In this document: positions 10,688-20,565 of the stretch, piece after piece
How positions within the stretch are numbered: position 1 is the first letter of the stretch
How the letters are laid out: every line of letters begins with the position of its first letter
IMG/VR virus record: IMGVR_UViG_3300029288_000100
Coordinates: 1-64,000 of that record
Direction: 5' to 3' (one strand)
Source: a virus
Lineage: Duplodnaviria > Caudoviricetes
Length of the DNA: 64,000 nt
Program-made: the position numbers and the translations under genes
The notes under the pieces: model-generated
Told to the model about the DNA's origin: nothing
The model's database searches: none
Seen by the model: the letters and a program-made list of their open reading frames with translations, nothing else

Positions 10688-11821
10688 CTACCGTATCCGC
10701 CACGCGCGGAGGTCCCGGTCGAGCATCGCCAGGGTCGCCCGGTTGAGCTTGCCGTCGACATCGAGGCGGTGACCCCGCTGGTAGACCCGCACCGACCGGC
10801 GGAGCGCGTCCGCGTCCACCTGTCTCCCGGAACCGAGCCAGAAACCCAGGCGACGCAGGGACTCGACACCCTCCTCTGGCGCGTCGACTGCCCCAGAGAT
10901 CGGCGTGTCGACCGTGAACCCGTACAGGTCCTCCTCGGCCCGGTCGCCCTGCCGCTCGCCCATCTCGCGCAGCATCCACGGGTCGTCGACGTCCTCCTCG
11001 GCGACCTCCTCCACATCGTCGAACCCGCTCGCGAGCCACTCCAGGTCATCGACGTGCTGGTCGGAGAAGAGCACCGCGTGCCGGAGCTCGTGGAGCGGGA
11101 CCGGGAGCACCACGTCCGACTTCGTGGCCTCCACCTGGTGATGGGCGAGCATCCACACCGGATCGAGCGCGCCCGGGTGCAGCGAGCTCAGGTAGCGCAG
11201 CAGCGTGACGACCGTCGCGAGCTGCCCGCGGCTCCAGGTCTCGTGCCAGACGCCGTTGACCTTGACCACCTCGCCCTGAAACGGCGTCGTCCACGCGCTC
11301 GGCCACCAGAAGAACTTGCAGTCAGCCGCGGAGAGATCCCTGCAGGAGAAGAGGTCTGGGTGCTTGACCTCGCCCACGATCTTCCGGGTGCGCGGCTCGG
11401 CACGGAGCACCCCGGCGTTCCGGCACTCGATCCCGTACGTGAACCGGTTCGCCCACCCGGCGTGCCACGCGACCTTGTCTGGGGGCACGATCTGACAGAC
11501 CTCGGCGCGCAGGTCCGCCTCGAGCTTCAGGTCGCGCCGGAGCTGGGCGAAGCGCGGGTCGAGCGACTTGCCGACCACCGCGTGGCTCGAGGCGACGTGG
11601 TTGAGGATGAAGAACCGGATCATCCCCGCGAAGCTGACGCCCCCGTTCCAGTGGAGCACGCTCCCTATCGGGTGCCCCTGCGTCCAGTCCTCGTAGTAGT
11701 TTGAGCTCCGCTTCCCCCGGATCTGCGGGATCGCCGCGGCGAGGTACGCGTCGGTGTAGACCTGGAGACGCTCGAAGAAGTCCCGCGCCTCCGCCTCAGT
11801 GTAGTGGTGAACTCGCCTCAT
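10688..11821 (-). CDS. N-acetylmuramoyl-L-alanine amidase (Amidase_2) with C-terminal peptidoglycan-binding domain; probable endolysin
   Basis: VLHWNG, ASSHAVV, VAWHAGWANRFTYGIE, LAHHQV..KSD; C-terminal RSVRVYQRGHRLDVDGKLNRAT. Confidence 0.85.
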   Translation of the reverse strand: MRRVHHYTEAEARDFFERLQVYTDAYLAAAIPQIRGKRSSNYYEDWTQGHPIGSVLHWNGGVSFAGMIRFFILNHVASSHAVVGKSLDPRFAQLRRDLKLEADLRAEVCQIVPPDKVAWHAGWANRFTYGIECRNAGVLRAEPRTRKIVGEVKHPDLFSCRDLSAADCKFFWWPSAWTTPFQGEVVKVNGVWHETWSRGQLATVVTLLRYLSSLHPGALDPVWMLAHHQVEATKSDVVLPVPLHELRHAVLFSDQHVDDLEWLASGFDDVEEVAEEDVDDPWMLREMGERQGDRAEEDLYGFTVDTPISGAVDAPEEGVESLRRLGFWLGSGRQVDADALRRSVRVYQRGHRLDVDGKLNRATLAMLDRDLRAWRIR

Positions 11822-11869
11822 CTGCTCCGCGCTCCTAAGTGATCGCACGTCCCGTGGTTCATATCTGAT

Positions 11870-12283
11870 CTACGGCCCTGTCTGCCTGAGATCAGCGCCA
11901 CTGCTCCTCTTGAATTGCTTCAGGCTGCAGTCGACAAAGAGAACGGGCGCGCATTCCAAGTGTACCTTCTGCTTGCCCAGTGAAAGCCGAACGTTCCACC
12001 GATCGTCCCTGCTGCTGGACTCAAGTAGGTTCCTCCGACCAACAGACTTGAGGTTGCACTCGACCCCTGAGGGCTCATGGATCACTCGCATGCTCGCCCG
12101 CTTCAAATTTGCCTTCGGGTCGACGGGGATACGCACACCACCAATTTGCAGCGCCACAACTTGCTGCGCAGCGTTCAACTGCTGTTTCATCGGGAACACT
12201 GCGAGATCGGACTTCTCACCACCGAGACACGTGACGATAGCCGTCACAAGCAGGAGCACACTCATGATCGCAACCCTAACCAT
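11870..12283 (-). CDS. Hypothetical secreted/membrane protein
   Basis: Signal-like N-terminus, visibly lower GC. Confidence 0.5.
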   Translation of the reverse strand: MVRVAIMSVLLLVTAIVTCLGGEKSDLAVFPMKQQLNAAQQVVALQIGGVRIPVDPKANLKRASMRVIHEPSGVECNLKSVGRRNLLESSSRDDRWNVRLSLGKQKVHLECAPVLFVDCSLKQFKRSSGADLRQTGP

Positions 12284-12689
12284 CAGCCCGCCTCCTATCC
12301 CGCACGATCAAGACGTCGAAGACACGGAGCGGCGGACCCGCGTCCACAACCTGGTGGATCCAGTGATCCACATCCTCATCACCCAACTTGCGCAGGAGAG
12401 CCTCGACCTCGACCGGCGCTAGCCGAACGAACCCGGGCGGACTCCCCCGCAGCCGCACGAGCCGCTTGATCTGCGATCGCACTGCCGAAACGATCCGGTG
12501 AGGTCGACGCGGCTGCGGCTGCGCGAACCCGAACCCCGGGCACTTGCGGCAGGTCGAGCCGCACCTCGGGCACTGGCACCCAATCCCGGTCTCCGGTGGG
12601 ATCGGCGAGACCACGCAGGAGCACCCCCGCCGACGAAACTGACCGGAGAGAGTGCACCACTCGTCCTCGTCGTCCATCCGGCAGCGCAT
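12276..12689 (-). CDS. Cys-rich hypothetical protein
   Basis: CQCPRCGSTCRKC; operon overlap. Confidence 0.45.
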   Translation of the reverse strand: MRCRMDDEDEWCTLSGQFRRRGCSCVVSPIPPETGIGCQCPRCGSTCRKCPGFGFAQPQPRRPHRIVSAVRSQIKRLVRLRGSPPGFVRLAPVEVEALLRKLGDEDVDHWIHQVVDAGPPLRVFDVLIVRDRRRADG

Positions 12690-12694
12690 GGTGC

Positions 12695-13069
12695 TCAGCT
12701 CGGGGTACGCCGCCCGTAGCGCCAGAAGCGGCGCGCGGTCTCCTGCCCGAGAACCTCTGCAAGCCGCCGGCGGTGGAGCAGCTCAGGTGGAGGGCGGTCC
12801 GCCCCGAGCCGAATGAACCCATCCCCCTCGACGTTCCGCACATCCACCGGGTCACCGGTCGCATTCGACTTCACGCGGTACTCGGCGCGGCACGTCGTCA
12901 GGGTCGACCCGTCCAGGACCACGTAGTCGCGCGGGTCGCCCGAAACGCCCCGCTCCCGCATCATGGTCGCGATGACCTCGGCATGGGGGCCTAACCTCGC
13001 CAGTCTCGGATAGTCGACGCCGCTCGGCGGCAGGTTCCTACCCCGCAGATTGCGACTGGCCCGGTTCAC
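12695..13069 (-). CDS. Hypothetical protein
   Basis: GTG at 13069 overlaps upstream TGA. Confidence 0.5.
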   Translation of the reverse strand: MNRASRNLRGRNLPPSGVDYPRLARLGPHAEVIATMMRERGVSGDPRDYVVLDGSTLTTCRAEYRVKSNATGDPVDVRNVEGDGFIRLGADRPPPELLHRRRLAEVLGQETARRFWRYGRRTPS

Positions 13070-13479
13070 GCGACCGCCAGCTTCCGAACACGCGGCGTCC
13101 GGCGCGAGGCGCAGGCGCAACCGGCGCCGCACCTGACCTTCACCCCGGGTGGAATCAGCCTCCACCCACGCGCGTCCAGCTCGTCGATGACCCGGCGCAG
13201 GAGGTCCAGCGCCTCGTCCTCGTCCTCGCTCTCGGTGAACTCGGCGTTGACCACGTCCTTCAGGTCATCGATGGCAGAGCGCACGTCCGCGGAGATCTCG
13301 GTCGTGGAGCGCGGATGGTCACCTTCCGTGATCTCAGCCTTCGCCTCGACTTCATTCACGCCGGACATGATCCGGTCGCGCGCCTCCGTGCCCTCAGCGG
13401 TTGATTTCCGCCTGCATGAGTCCTGCGCGATGGCCTCGAGCGCCACCCGCTGTGCGCCGCTGAGATCGTACCACCTCAT
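13066..13479 (-). CDS. Hypothetical protein
   Basis: ATG 13479 with GGAGGTG SD. Confidence 0.55.
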   Translation of the reverse strand: MRWYDLSGAQRVALEAIAQDSCRRKSTAEGTEARDRIMSGVNEVEAKAEITEGDHPRSTTEISADVRSAIDDLKDVVNAEFTESEDEDEALDLLRRVIDELDARGWRLIPPGVKVRCGAGCACASRRTPRVRKLAVA

Positions 13480-13850
13480 GAGATCACCTCCCTCGGGTCC
13501 AGATTCCCGCCGCTCATCAGTGGGGCCCGTCAGGGTTCGCGCTGACGGTGCCGGCTTTGCTCGCGCGGCCCGGTTCACAAGAGGTTGGTCGCGATTGCAT
13601 CCTTGCCCCTACCAGCTGACATTAATCGGGCAGCCAGCGCCCTGTTACTCCCGCTCACGCACGAGACGCGACGATCCCGCACGTGCCACCTTGACCAGGT
13701 CCTCCAGACCTGCGGTTGGCTTTGGTAGTCCATTGACCTCCTGGCGGGTGTCCTCAGGGCCCGTCGCGCCCTTTGGCGTCCACTCGCACGCAGAGATCTT
13801 GTCCATGCGCGGAGCGGAGAGGAGTGCCAGGAACAGCGCTATTAACACCC

Positions 13851-14429
13851 TCACCTCCTCTCCTCGGTAAGAGGTTGTCCGTTCTGTTGTCCGCACGGCC
13901 CACACTCCAGCCGGTCATCCGTTATCGCCACCCTCAGACACCGCGCCTCGGGCAGGATGGCGTCGAGCTTGGTAGCGGCCTCGAGCCAGCGGCCACGGCA
14001 GCATGAGCAGATGGTCTTCTCGGCCTCAGCCACGAAGCTGTCCCGCACCTCCCGCAGCCGCTCGAGCGAGATAGTCTGCGGCAGGTCGTCTGGACCACGC
14101 GCGATCTCCAGCGCGTCGGCGATGCCCTGCTCGTAGCCGCGCTGCACGTCGCTGTTCGCGCTGAGGCAGTCCGCGCCATCCTCGATCGCCTTGGCCAGGT
14201 CGGAGCGGAACTGGCTCATTTGCTCCCGCAGCCGGTCCCAGGAGTGATTCCAGGCGGCGATGGCCTCAGCGGCGTGCAGCGGTCCGGGCCCGTAATGACG
14301 GCAGCGATCACAGACCACACACTGCATGGTGAGGCTGTAGCGCGTCTCCGGATTGTCACAGTAGATGCACGGGCCCGGCGTCAGGGTGGGAGTCGAGCCA
14401 GCGGGGGCTTCACACTTGTCAGTCTTCAT
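13851..14429 (-). CDS. Hypothetical protein with Lar-like zinc finger
   Basis: PCIYC...VVCDRC..GP....AEAIAAWN resembles the phage restriction-alleviation Lar signature. Confidence 0.55.
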   Translation of the reverse strand: MKTDKCEAPAGSTPTLTPGPCIYCDNPETRYSLTMQCVVCDRCRHYGPGPLHAAEAIAAWNHSWDRLREQMSQFRSDLAKAIEDGADCLSANSDVQRGYEQGIADALEIARGPDDLPQTISLERLREVRDSFVAEAEKTICSCCRGRWLEAATKLDAILPEARCLRVAITDDRLECGPCGQQNGQPLTEERR

Positions 14430-14686
14430 GAGATCGCCTCCGCCAGCACCTGGGCCAGCCCGGCGAGCCAGGCGTGGTCCGCCTCCGTGAGCTGCAGCTT
14501 AACCACCATCGTACCTGTCGCATCCTGCTCAGCGCGGCCGCACTCCACCTCATCCCGGAGCTGGTCCGCGATCTCCTGCAGCCGCTCGATCACCACCGGG
14601 TAGCTCCAGCCCTCACCAGCCGCGTCGGCGTCCTTGATCCGGTCCTCCACCAGGTCCACCAGCTCCTTGGCGGTGTGCTCGGTCAT
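14426..14686 (-). CDS. Hypothetical protein
   Basis: ATGA overlaps on both sides. Confidence 0.6.
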   Translation of the reverse strand: MTEHTAKELVDLVEDRIKDADAAGEGWSYPVVIERLQEIADQLRDEVECGRAEQDATGTMVVKLQLTEADHAWLAGLAQVLAEAIS

Positions 14687-15429
14687 GCTCGGTCTCCTTC
14701 ATGCGCGGCGACTCCGTACCTCGCCATCCGCTGCGCCACCTCGCAGTCCGCAAGGGTCGCGAACGGCCGCGCGAGCATGTTCACCGGGTTAGCCTTCGTG
14801 ACGCGGAGGAAGACCTTCCGCTGGTGATCCGGCAGGTCCTCGAGTGTGACCTCGCCGGCGCGCAGCCGGAGCTCGGTACGGAGGAGCTGCGCAATCGCGA
14901 ACGCGTCAGCTAGGTTCCCACCGGCCCCACGCTCCACCCGACCGAAAGCCACGAAGTCGACGCCCCACACGTCGCGGCACGCCATGAGCACGGATGCCTT
15001 CTCTGCCGCGCCGTTCCCAGTCGCGAACATCTTCACCGCCTGCACGTCGTAGAGACGGAACGGAATGCCCTGCCCCCAGAGCAACGTGCGCAGCGCCCCG
15101 CCGACCTCCCCGAGGTGGTGTGCGAAGGCCTGCCGCGCGAGCGCGTAGTCCTCGAGTGCCGCATGTGTCGGGCACCAGCGCCCGAGGAGCTCGGCGACCC
15201 AGGTGCACGTCCAGGTCAGTCGCCACGTCCGGCCCGCCTCGTCGCCTGCCCGCACCTCGCAGGGCGGGAGGGCGCCCTGGGTCCGGAGTCGCTTCCAGTC
15301 AGAGATCGAGTCCGCGACGAACCGCTTGTCGACGAGCTGTCCCTCGACGAGGACCACAACAGCAGTCCCGGCCGCAGACTGGTCGATCCCGACCAATGGC
15401 CCATCCCCGGCGCCGCGCAGCCGCTTCAC
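14683..15429 (-). CDS. ruvC: RuvC-like Holliday junction resolvase
   Basis: LVGIDQS, AALEDY, VKMFATGNGAAEK, NLADAFAIA. Confidence 0.85.
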   Translation of the reverse strand: MKRLRGAGDGPLVGIDQSAAGTAVVVLVEGQLVDKRFVADSISDWKRLRTQGALPPCEVRAGDEAGRTWRLTWTCTWVAELLGRWCPTHAALEDYALARQAFAHHLGEVGGALRTLLWGQGIPFRLYDVQAVKMFATGNGAAEKASVLMACRDVWGVDFVAFGRVERGAGGNLADAFAIAQLLRTELRLRAGEVTLEDLPDHQRKVFLRVTKANPVNMLARPFATLADCEVAQRMARYGVAAHEGDRA

Positions 15430-16262
15430 GCCGCGCTCCTTCGCGCCCGGTCCTCACCCAGCCGGCGAATGACCGCGGCCACCTGCGCCGGATCGCGTTC
15501 TACGTAGACCGCCCGCCGCCCAGCGCGGTCTGCCGCCACTGTCGCGGTCCCGGTCCCACCGCAGAGGTCCAGCACCAACCCACCTTCCGGGCAGGAGCCG
15601 CGCACCACCGCCTCCGTCAGGTCGAGCGGCTTCTGCGTCTTGTTGAGGTAGCTCCCATCCAACCTCCTCAGGCGCTCGCCCTGGTTGACCACAGGCCGCT
15701 CGACCCAGTAGCGGCTGATGATCGGCTCCCCGCCCGGAGCGACGAAGTAGTTCCGCTGCTTGGGGAAGGCACCCAGATCGAAGAAGTGAGAGCCCTTGGA
15801 CGCCATCGCCAGGAACTCGCATGCGGACACCAGGCAGGCCTTCCGCACACTAGGCGGGGGGTTCGGCTTGGTCCAGACATACGTCGGCCACACGCGCAGA
15901 CCCGCGTCCTGCATCCGGCGCTTGACGTCAGAGAGCCACCAGTCTGAGGTCCAGACGTAGAGGTTCCCCTCGCCCACCGCAAGGAGCGCAGCGTCCAGCA
16001 GCGCCTCGAGCAGCGGCCCCACCCCCCGCGCGTCGAAGCGGTCCCAGGTCTCGTTGAGCCCGAGGTTGCTCCGCTCCGCGAAGCTGATCTCCGCCTCGCT
16101 CGAGAGCCCATACGGGGGGTCGAGGAGCACCAGGTCTGGTCGCCCGGCGCGCTCGACCACCACCCGGATCACGAGCGGATCTGTCGCGTCCGCGCAGACC
16201 ACGAGGTGACCACGGAGCTGGTCCTCCCAGGTGAAACCGGGCTCAATACAGACCTTAGGCAT
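15426..16262 (-). CDS. DNA amino-methyltransferase (N6-A/N4-C, beta class)
   Basis: DPPY precedes TQKP and VLDLCGGTGT; ATG at 16262. Confidence 0.9.
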   Translation of the reverse strand: MPKVCIEPGFTWEDQLRGHLVVCADATDPLVIRVVVERAGRPDLVLLDPPYGLSSEAEISFAERSNLGLNETWDRFDARGVGPLLEALLDAALLAVGEGNLYVWTSDWWLSDVKRRMQDAGLRVWPTYVWTKPNPPPSVRKACLVSACEFLAMASKGSHFFDLGAFPKQRNYFVAPGGEPIISRYWVERPVVNQGERLRRLDGSYLNKTQKPLDLTEAVVRGSCPEGGLVLDLCGGTGTATVAADRAGRRAVYVERDPAQVAAVIRRLGEDRARRSAA

Positions 16263-17940
16263 CAGCGAGACTCCTCGGCTCCACCCAGACCGCTCCCGAC
16301 CCGGAGCGCAGCTCGACACCGTCGTCCGCCAGAAGAAGCGCCTCAAGCATCTGCTCCGCGACCGCCTGCGCGGCCGGCGGCGGGACCGCGTTCCCGATGC
16401 GCTCCCTCCACCGCCGGTCAGCACGCCCGTCCAGCATCAGGGGGCGTCCGTCCGGCATCCGCGTCGGCATCCCCTGGAGCGCAGCCAGCTCGAGAGTGGT
16501 CAGCGGCCGGTGCCAGGTCCCGTCCTCAGAGACGATGACCGGCGGCGGGTCCGGTCGCTCGGCGTCGAGGGGCAGCCGCGGGTCGGCGACCGCGAAGGCG
16601 CCCGCATGCACGTCCGCGGACCCGATCACCGCGCCGGACGCCCGGTCCCAGGGCATCACCCGGTACCCACCACCTCGCGGACTGCACCCCAGCCGCGGGT
16701 CCGCGACCGACGGCGCACCCTGCCACGGGCCTGCCCCACCTGCGACCGTGTGGGCTGGACTCATCCAGTCCTCGACGCGCATCAGGTTGCGGAAACGATC
16801 GACTCTGGGATCCGCCACAGCGAACGCGGAGCTCCGCCCAACGCCCTCAGCTCCGACGACGGTGGGTGCGGCCCCGTCCCATGACACAATCCGAAACGTC
16901 CCCCGCCGCGGGGCATGCGACAGCCGGGGGTCCGCGACGCAAATCCCACTCGAGGATGGACCGCCCCCAGCCGTCACCGCGCCAGACGCCTGGTCCCACC
17001 GCACGACGCGGTAGACGTTTCGGAAGGGGATGCGCGGATCCGCGGCGGCGCACGCCCCGTTACTGCCGCTGACCGCCGCGCTCCCCGTCACCGTCTTCGC
17101 CGGGCCGTCCCAGGGCAGCACACCCAACAGGTTGGGGCGACTCTCGAGGGAGAGCGCGACGCTCTCCGGCAGGTCACGCCAGTCACCACCCGCCGGGATC
17201 AAGGCCAGCCGCACCCACGTCCGCCACTGCAGGCGCGGCAGCCGGTGGAGCGGACCGCCCGCGGGGTCGTCCGGGAGCGGCAGTTCGCCGAGGACCTCCC
17301 CGATCGCGCGCACCCGGCGCCGCGCTGGCTGGTAGACGAGTCGAGGAAGCCGACGCTCGTGCCGCGCGAGCAGCAGGAAGCGGCGCCGATGCTGCGCCAG
17401 TTCCCCAAGCTCACCGCAGTCGTGCGTGGTACGCCGGGATCGAAACCCATAGCGGACGAGCAGGTCCTCGACCTGGCCCAGGAGCTCCGCGCCCCGTGAC
17501 GTGATCCGCGGGACGTTCTCGAGCAGAATCAGCCGCGGCGGGCGGCGCGGCCACGTCTCGAGGACGAGCCACACCCCCTGGAGCACCAGCCGGTTCATCA
17601 CCTGGTACTTCTCGGTCGCCGCACGCGCCGACGGGAGCAAACCTGAATAGCCTTTGCAGGGGCTCGAAGCGAAGACGACGTCCGGGGCGCGCTCACCCAC
17701 CACCGCGCGCAGCTGCCTCGGGGTTGTCGTCGCGAGGTCCGCGCACAGGGACGGCGCACCGGTCAGCGCCTCGAAGTCGCGACAGGCAGCAGGGTCGTTG
17801 TCGACCCCGAGCACCGTCTCGAAGCGCGCACCCAAGCCCCGCCAGCTCGCCCGTGCCGCCCGGAACCCGAGGGCACCGCCACCAAGGCCGCAGAAGAGGT
17901 GCAGAACCGTGTAGATGCGCTCATCCATGAACGGGTGCAC
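16255..17940 (-). CDS. DNA (cytosine-5) methyltransferase with repeated variable region
   Basis: LFCGLGG, SSPCKGYS, ENV, QHRRR, IGNAVPP; five ~38-aa repeats ending in ADPR. Confidence 0.92.
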   Translation of the reverse strand: MHPFMDERIYTVLHLFCGLGGGALGFRAARASWRGLGARFETVLGVDNDPAACRDFEALTGAPSLCADLATTTPRQLRAVVGERAPDVVFASSPCKGYSGLLPSARAATEKYQVMNRLVLQGVWLVLETWPRRPPRLILLENVPRITSRGAELLGQVEDLLVRYGFRSRRTTHDCGELGELAQHRRRFLLLARHERRLPRLVYQPARRRVRAIGEVLGELPLPDDPAGGPLHRLPRLQWRTWVRLALIPAGGDWRDLPESVALSLESRPNLLGVLPWDGPAKTVTGSAAVSGSNGACAAADPRIPFRNVYRVVRWDQASGAVTAGGGPSSSGICVADPRLSHAPRRGTFRIVSWDGAAPTVVGAEGVGRSSAFAVADPRVDRFRNLMRVEDWMSPAHTVAGGAGPWQGAPSVADPRLGCSPRGGGYRVMPWDRASGAVIGSADVHAGAFAVADPRLPLDAERPDPPPVIVSEDGTWHRPLTTLELAALQGMPTRMPDGRPLMLDGRADRRWRERIGNAVPPPAAQAVAEQMLEALLLADDGVELRSGSGAVWVEPRSLADA

Positions 17941-17960
17941 CTATCCGGCACGAGGCCAAA

Positions 17961-20180
17961 TCACCCGTTCCAGGCACCCGAGCGGTCCTCGCCGTCGAAA
18001 CGGTGGACCGTGACCACCTGGCCGAACTCCCGGCGCACGTCCGCGTGGGTGACGAGGATCACCTGACGAAACCCGAGCGCGGCCACCCGCTTGAGCAGCA
18101 TCGCGTGTAGGGCCGCGCGGTTCACCTCGTCCAGCGCGCCGTCCGGCTCGTCGATGACCAGGTGCTCGCAGCGTGCGGCCCGCAACCGCGCCGGCAGCCC
18201 CGCCAACCCGAGCCGCACCCCGAGCGAGATCAGGACCTGCCCACCCCCGGAGTCGAGCTCGAACGCCGACTCACTCCCGCCATCCAGGACCTCGAGTTGG
18301 AGCTCGTCTCGTGTCTTCTTCTTCCGCGGGGTCCCACACGCCGCGCAGCGGTGCGTGCGCTCCCCCTTGGCGAAACCCACCCCGCAGGCAATGCAGGCCG
18401 GTTCCCACGCCTGCAGCTCCCGGCTCGGGGAGAAGCGCACCCGCGTCGGCGCCCCGAGGTTCGCGAGGACGTGGTTCATCGCGTCCTCGGCCACCCCGAA
18501 TGCGTTCTCGAGCTCGCGGCCTGGGATCCCACTCGCCCCGAACGCCCAGCTCGCCCACGCCAACCGCTCGATCCGCTCGGTCAGCGCCGAGCGCCGCGTG
18601 CCCAGCTCCTTCAGCTCACTGGTCGCCTTCTCTGCTGCCTCACGCTCCGCAGATGCCCGCGCGACCTGGCGCTCCGCCTCCTCGACCGCCTCCTGCGCAA
18701 CCTGCGCCGTCGCGTCGAGGACCACAAGGCGGTCCGCAGCACCCCCATCCACCGCAACCTCGGGCGCCTCCGCGAGTCGCCGCCGCGCATGCGCGAGGGC
18801 GCGCCCGAGCTCTGTTCGCCCCAGCTTCGCCCGCTCAGCCGCTGTCCGCGCCGCCTCGGCCTTCTCCCGAGTGTCAACCAGCCGCTCGCGAGTCTGCTCG
18901 ACGCTCGCGGCCTTACGTAGCTCCCGCAGCTCCCGGACCTCAGTCTCCGCCAGTCCGAGGTCCCCGCGCGCCATCTCGAGCTTCCACTCGAGCGCCTTCA
19001 GTGAGCGCAGTAGATCTTCCCCCTGGCCCGCCTTGGTGGTTCCGTCAGCGCGGATCTGCTCCAGCACCCCCTCATCGCGAGCCACACGGTCACAAGCCTC
19101 GCGGAGCACCGGACACAACCCAGTCCTGGTCCGCTCGAGCTCGCGCAGCCGGTCCCGGAGCGCACTCCGCTCTTCCTCCAGGCGCTTCGCGTCCGCGCGG
19201 GTACGGCGCACCTCCTCCGCGGCGGAAGTGACGACGGCGCGGAGGTCCTCGAGCTTCGCCTCGCGCTCCTCCAGCGCCTGGACGCGCTCCGCCCGGTTCC
19301 TCGCCCCCTGGTGTGCGGCCTCTGCGTCGGTCAGCTTCGTCTCTGCGACCTTGACCTCCCTGAGTGCGGCCGCGCGCTCGGTCTCCACCTCTCGGCCAAG
19401 GCGGGCGACCTCACGCTCCAGCTCCCGGCGCGCGCGGCGCGCGACCTCAAGACCATCGACCTGGGCCCTCACCTCAGCACACTCCCGTAGCAGGTCCGCC
19501 AGCTCGCCCCGGGCGGAACCAGCCGTCACCCGTGCCGCCACCTCCGCGGAGCCGAGGTCCGGGAGCCGCGCCGCTGCCTCCTGGAGCCGCTGCTCCTCAG
19601 CGTCCAGGGCGCGGAGGTCCGCCTGCGCGCGGGAGAGCCGCTTCTGGGCCAGGTCCGCCCGCGGGATCCAGCGGTCCGTGCGGAACCAGGGCGCCACCAC
19701 CCGCCGCTTGTCTGCCGGCGAGAGGCGCATGAACCCGTGCGCGTCGCCCTGCACGAAGGCGTTGGTGAGCCGGTACTCCTCGAGCGAGAGCCCCAGGATC
19801 TCCCCCTCGACCACGCGGCGGAGGTCTTGTTCACCTACCGCGGAGCCGTTGAGCTCGCGGATGGGGTCGCCGGAACGTGCGCGGCCGCGGCGAACCGTCC
19901 ACATCCGCCCATCGCTGCCGCTCACCTCGAGCTCCGCCCAGGCGTCCTCCTTGCCCGCGGCGAGGCGGTGTGGGAGCTGGTCGAGTGTGCGCCCGTGGAA
20001 CTCCCCGAAGAAGACGTAGAGAGGAACCGCCACCGCCAGGTAGGACTTGCCGGAGCGGTTGCTGCGCAGGTCGCTGGACTCGTACTCCCCGACGACAGCG
20101 TTGACGCCCTCGCCCCAGGTGACGCCCCATTCGGCGAGGTACGGCCCTACGTTGTTGAGGGTGGTGCGGAGGAAGATCAC
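17961..20180 (-). CDS. sbcC: SbcC/Rad50 (gp46-like) SMC-family ATPase
   Basis: Walker A NRSGKS, FVQG Q-loop, long coiled coil, DSGGG signature, VIDEPDGALD, VTH; GTG at 20180. Confidence 0.9.
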   Translation of the reverse strand: MIFLRTTLNNVGPYLAEWGVTWGEGVNAVVGEYESSDLRSNRSGKSYLAVAVPLYVFFGEFHGRTLDQLPHRLAAGKEDAWAELEVSGSDGRMWTVRRGRARSGDPIRELNGSAVGEQDLRRVVEGEILGLSLEEYRLTNAFVQGDAHGFMRLSPADKRRVVAPWFRTDRWIPRADLAQKRLSRAQADLRALDAEEQRLQEAAARLPDLGSAEVAARVTAGSARGELADLLRECAEVRAQVDGLEVARRARRELEREVARLGREVETERAAALREVKVAETKLTDAEAAHQGARNRAERVQALEEREAKLEDLRAVVTSAAEEVRRTRADAKRLEEERSALRDRLRELERTRTGLCPVLREACDRVARDEGVLEQIRADGTTKAGQGEDLLRSLKALEWKLEMARGDLGLAETEVRELRELRKAASVEQTRERLVDTREKAEAARTAAERAKLGRTELGRALAHARRRLAEAPEVAVDGGAADRLVVLDATAQVAQEAVEEAERQVARASAEREAAEKATSELKELGTRRSALTERIERLAWASWAFGASGIPGRELENAFGVAEDAMNHVLANLGAPTRVRFSPSRELQAWEPACIACGVGFAKGERTHRCAACGTPRKKKTRDELQLEVLDGGSESAFELDSGGGQVLISLGVRLGLAGLPARLRAARCEHLVIDEPDGALDEVNRAALHAMLLKRVAALGFRQVILVTHADVRREFGQVVTVHRFDGEDRSGAWNG

Positions 20181-20386
20181 GATTTCTCCACGGTCTCCAC
20201 AGAACCATCCGCCTTCACCCACGTCACCCCGGCGTCATCCCAGACCCGGTCCACTGCCACCATCCCGCAGCGCTCGCACATGTAGACGTTGTGGGCGCGG
20301 TCCTTCCCGTCGCTGCCCCCGTTCGACGCGGTGTCGAAGACGGCAACGAGCTGCATCGCCTCACCTGTGCCGCACTTGCAGATCAT
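20177..20386 (-). CDS. Small zinc-finger protein
   Basis: CKC...CERCG; ATGA/GTGA overlaps. Confidence 0.55.
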   Translation of the reverse strand: MICKCGTGEAMQLVAVFDTASNGGSDGKDRAHNVYMCERCGMVAVDRVWDDAGVTWVKADGSVETVEKS

Positions 20387-20565
20387 CGCTTCGCCGCCTC
20401 GAGTATCCAGCCGTCGCAGAAAAGGAGCACCCCACCACAAGGGCACGGCACCACAACCAACCCACAGCGCGCCAGGATCTCCCGCGGCTTGAGGTCAGGA
20501 TGCTTCGCTAAGAGCCCCAGCTCCTCGCACTTGCGGAGTTCGTACGTCTCTCGGTCGACCGCCAT
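20383..20565 (-). CDS. Small hypothetical protein
   Basis: Translationally coupled ORF. Confidence 0.45.
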   Translation of the reverse strand: MAVDRETYELRKCEELGLLAKHPDLKPREILARCGLVVVPCPCGGVLLFCDGWILEAAKR

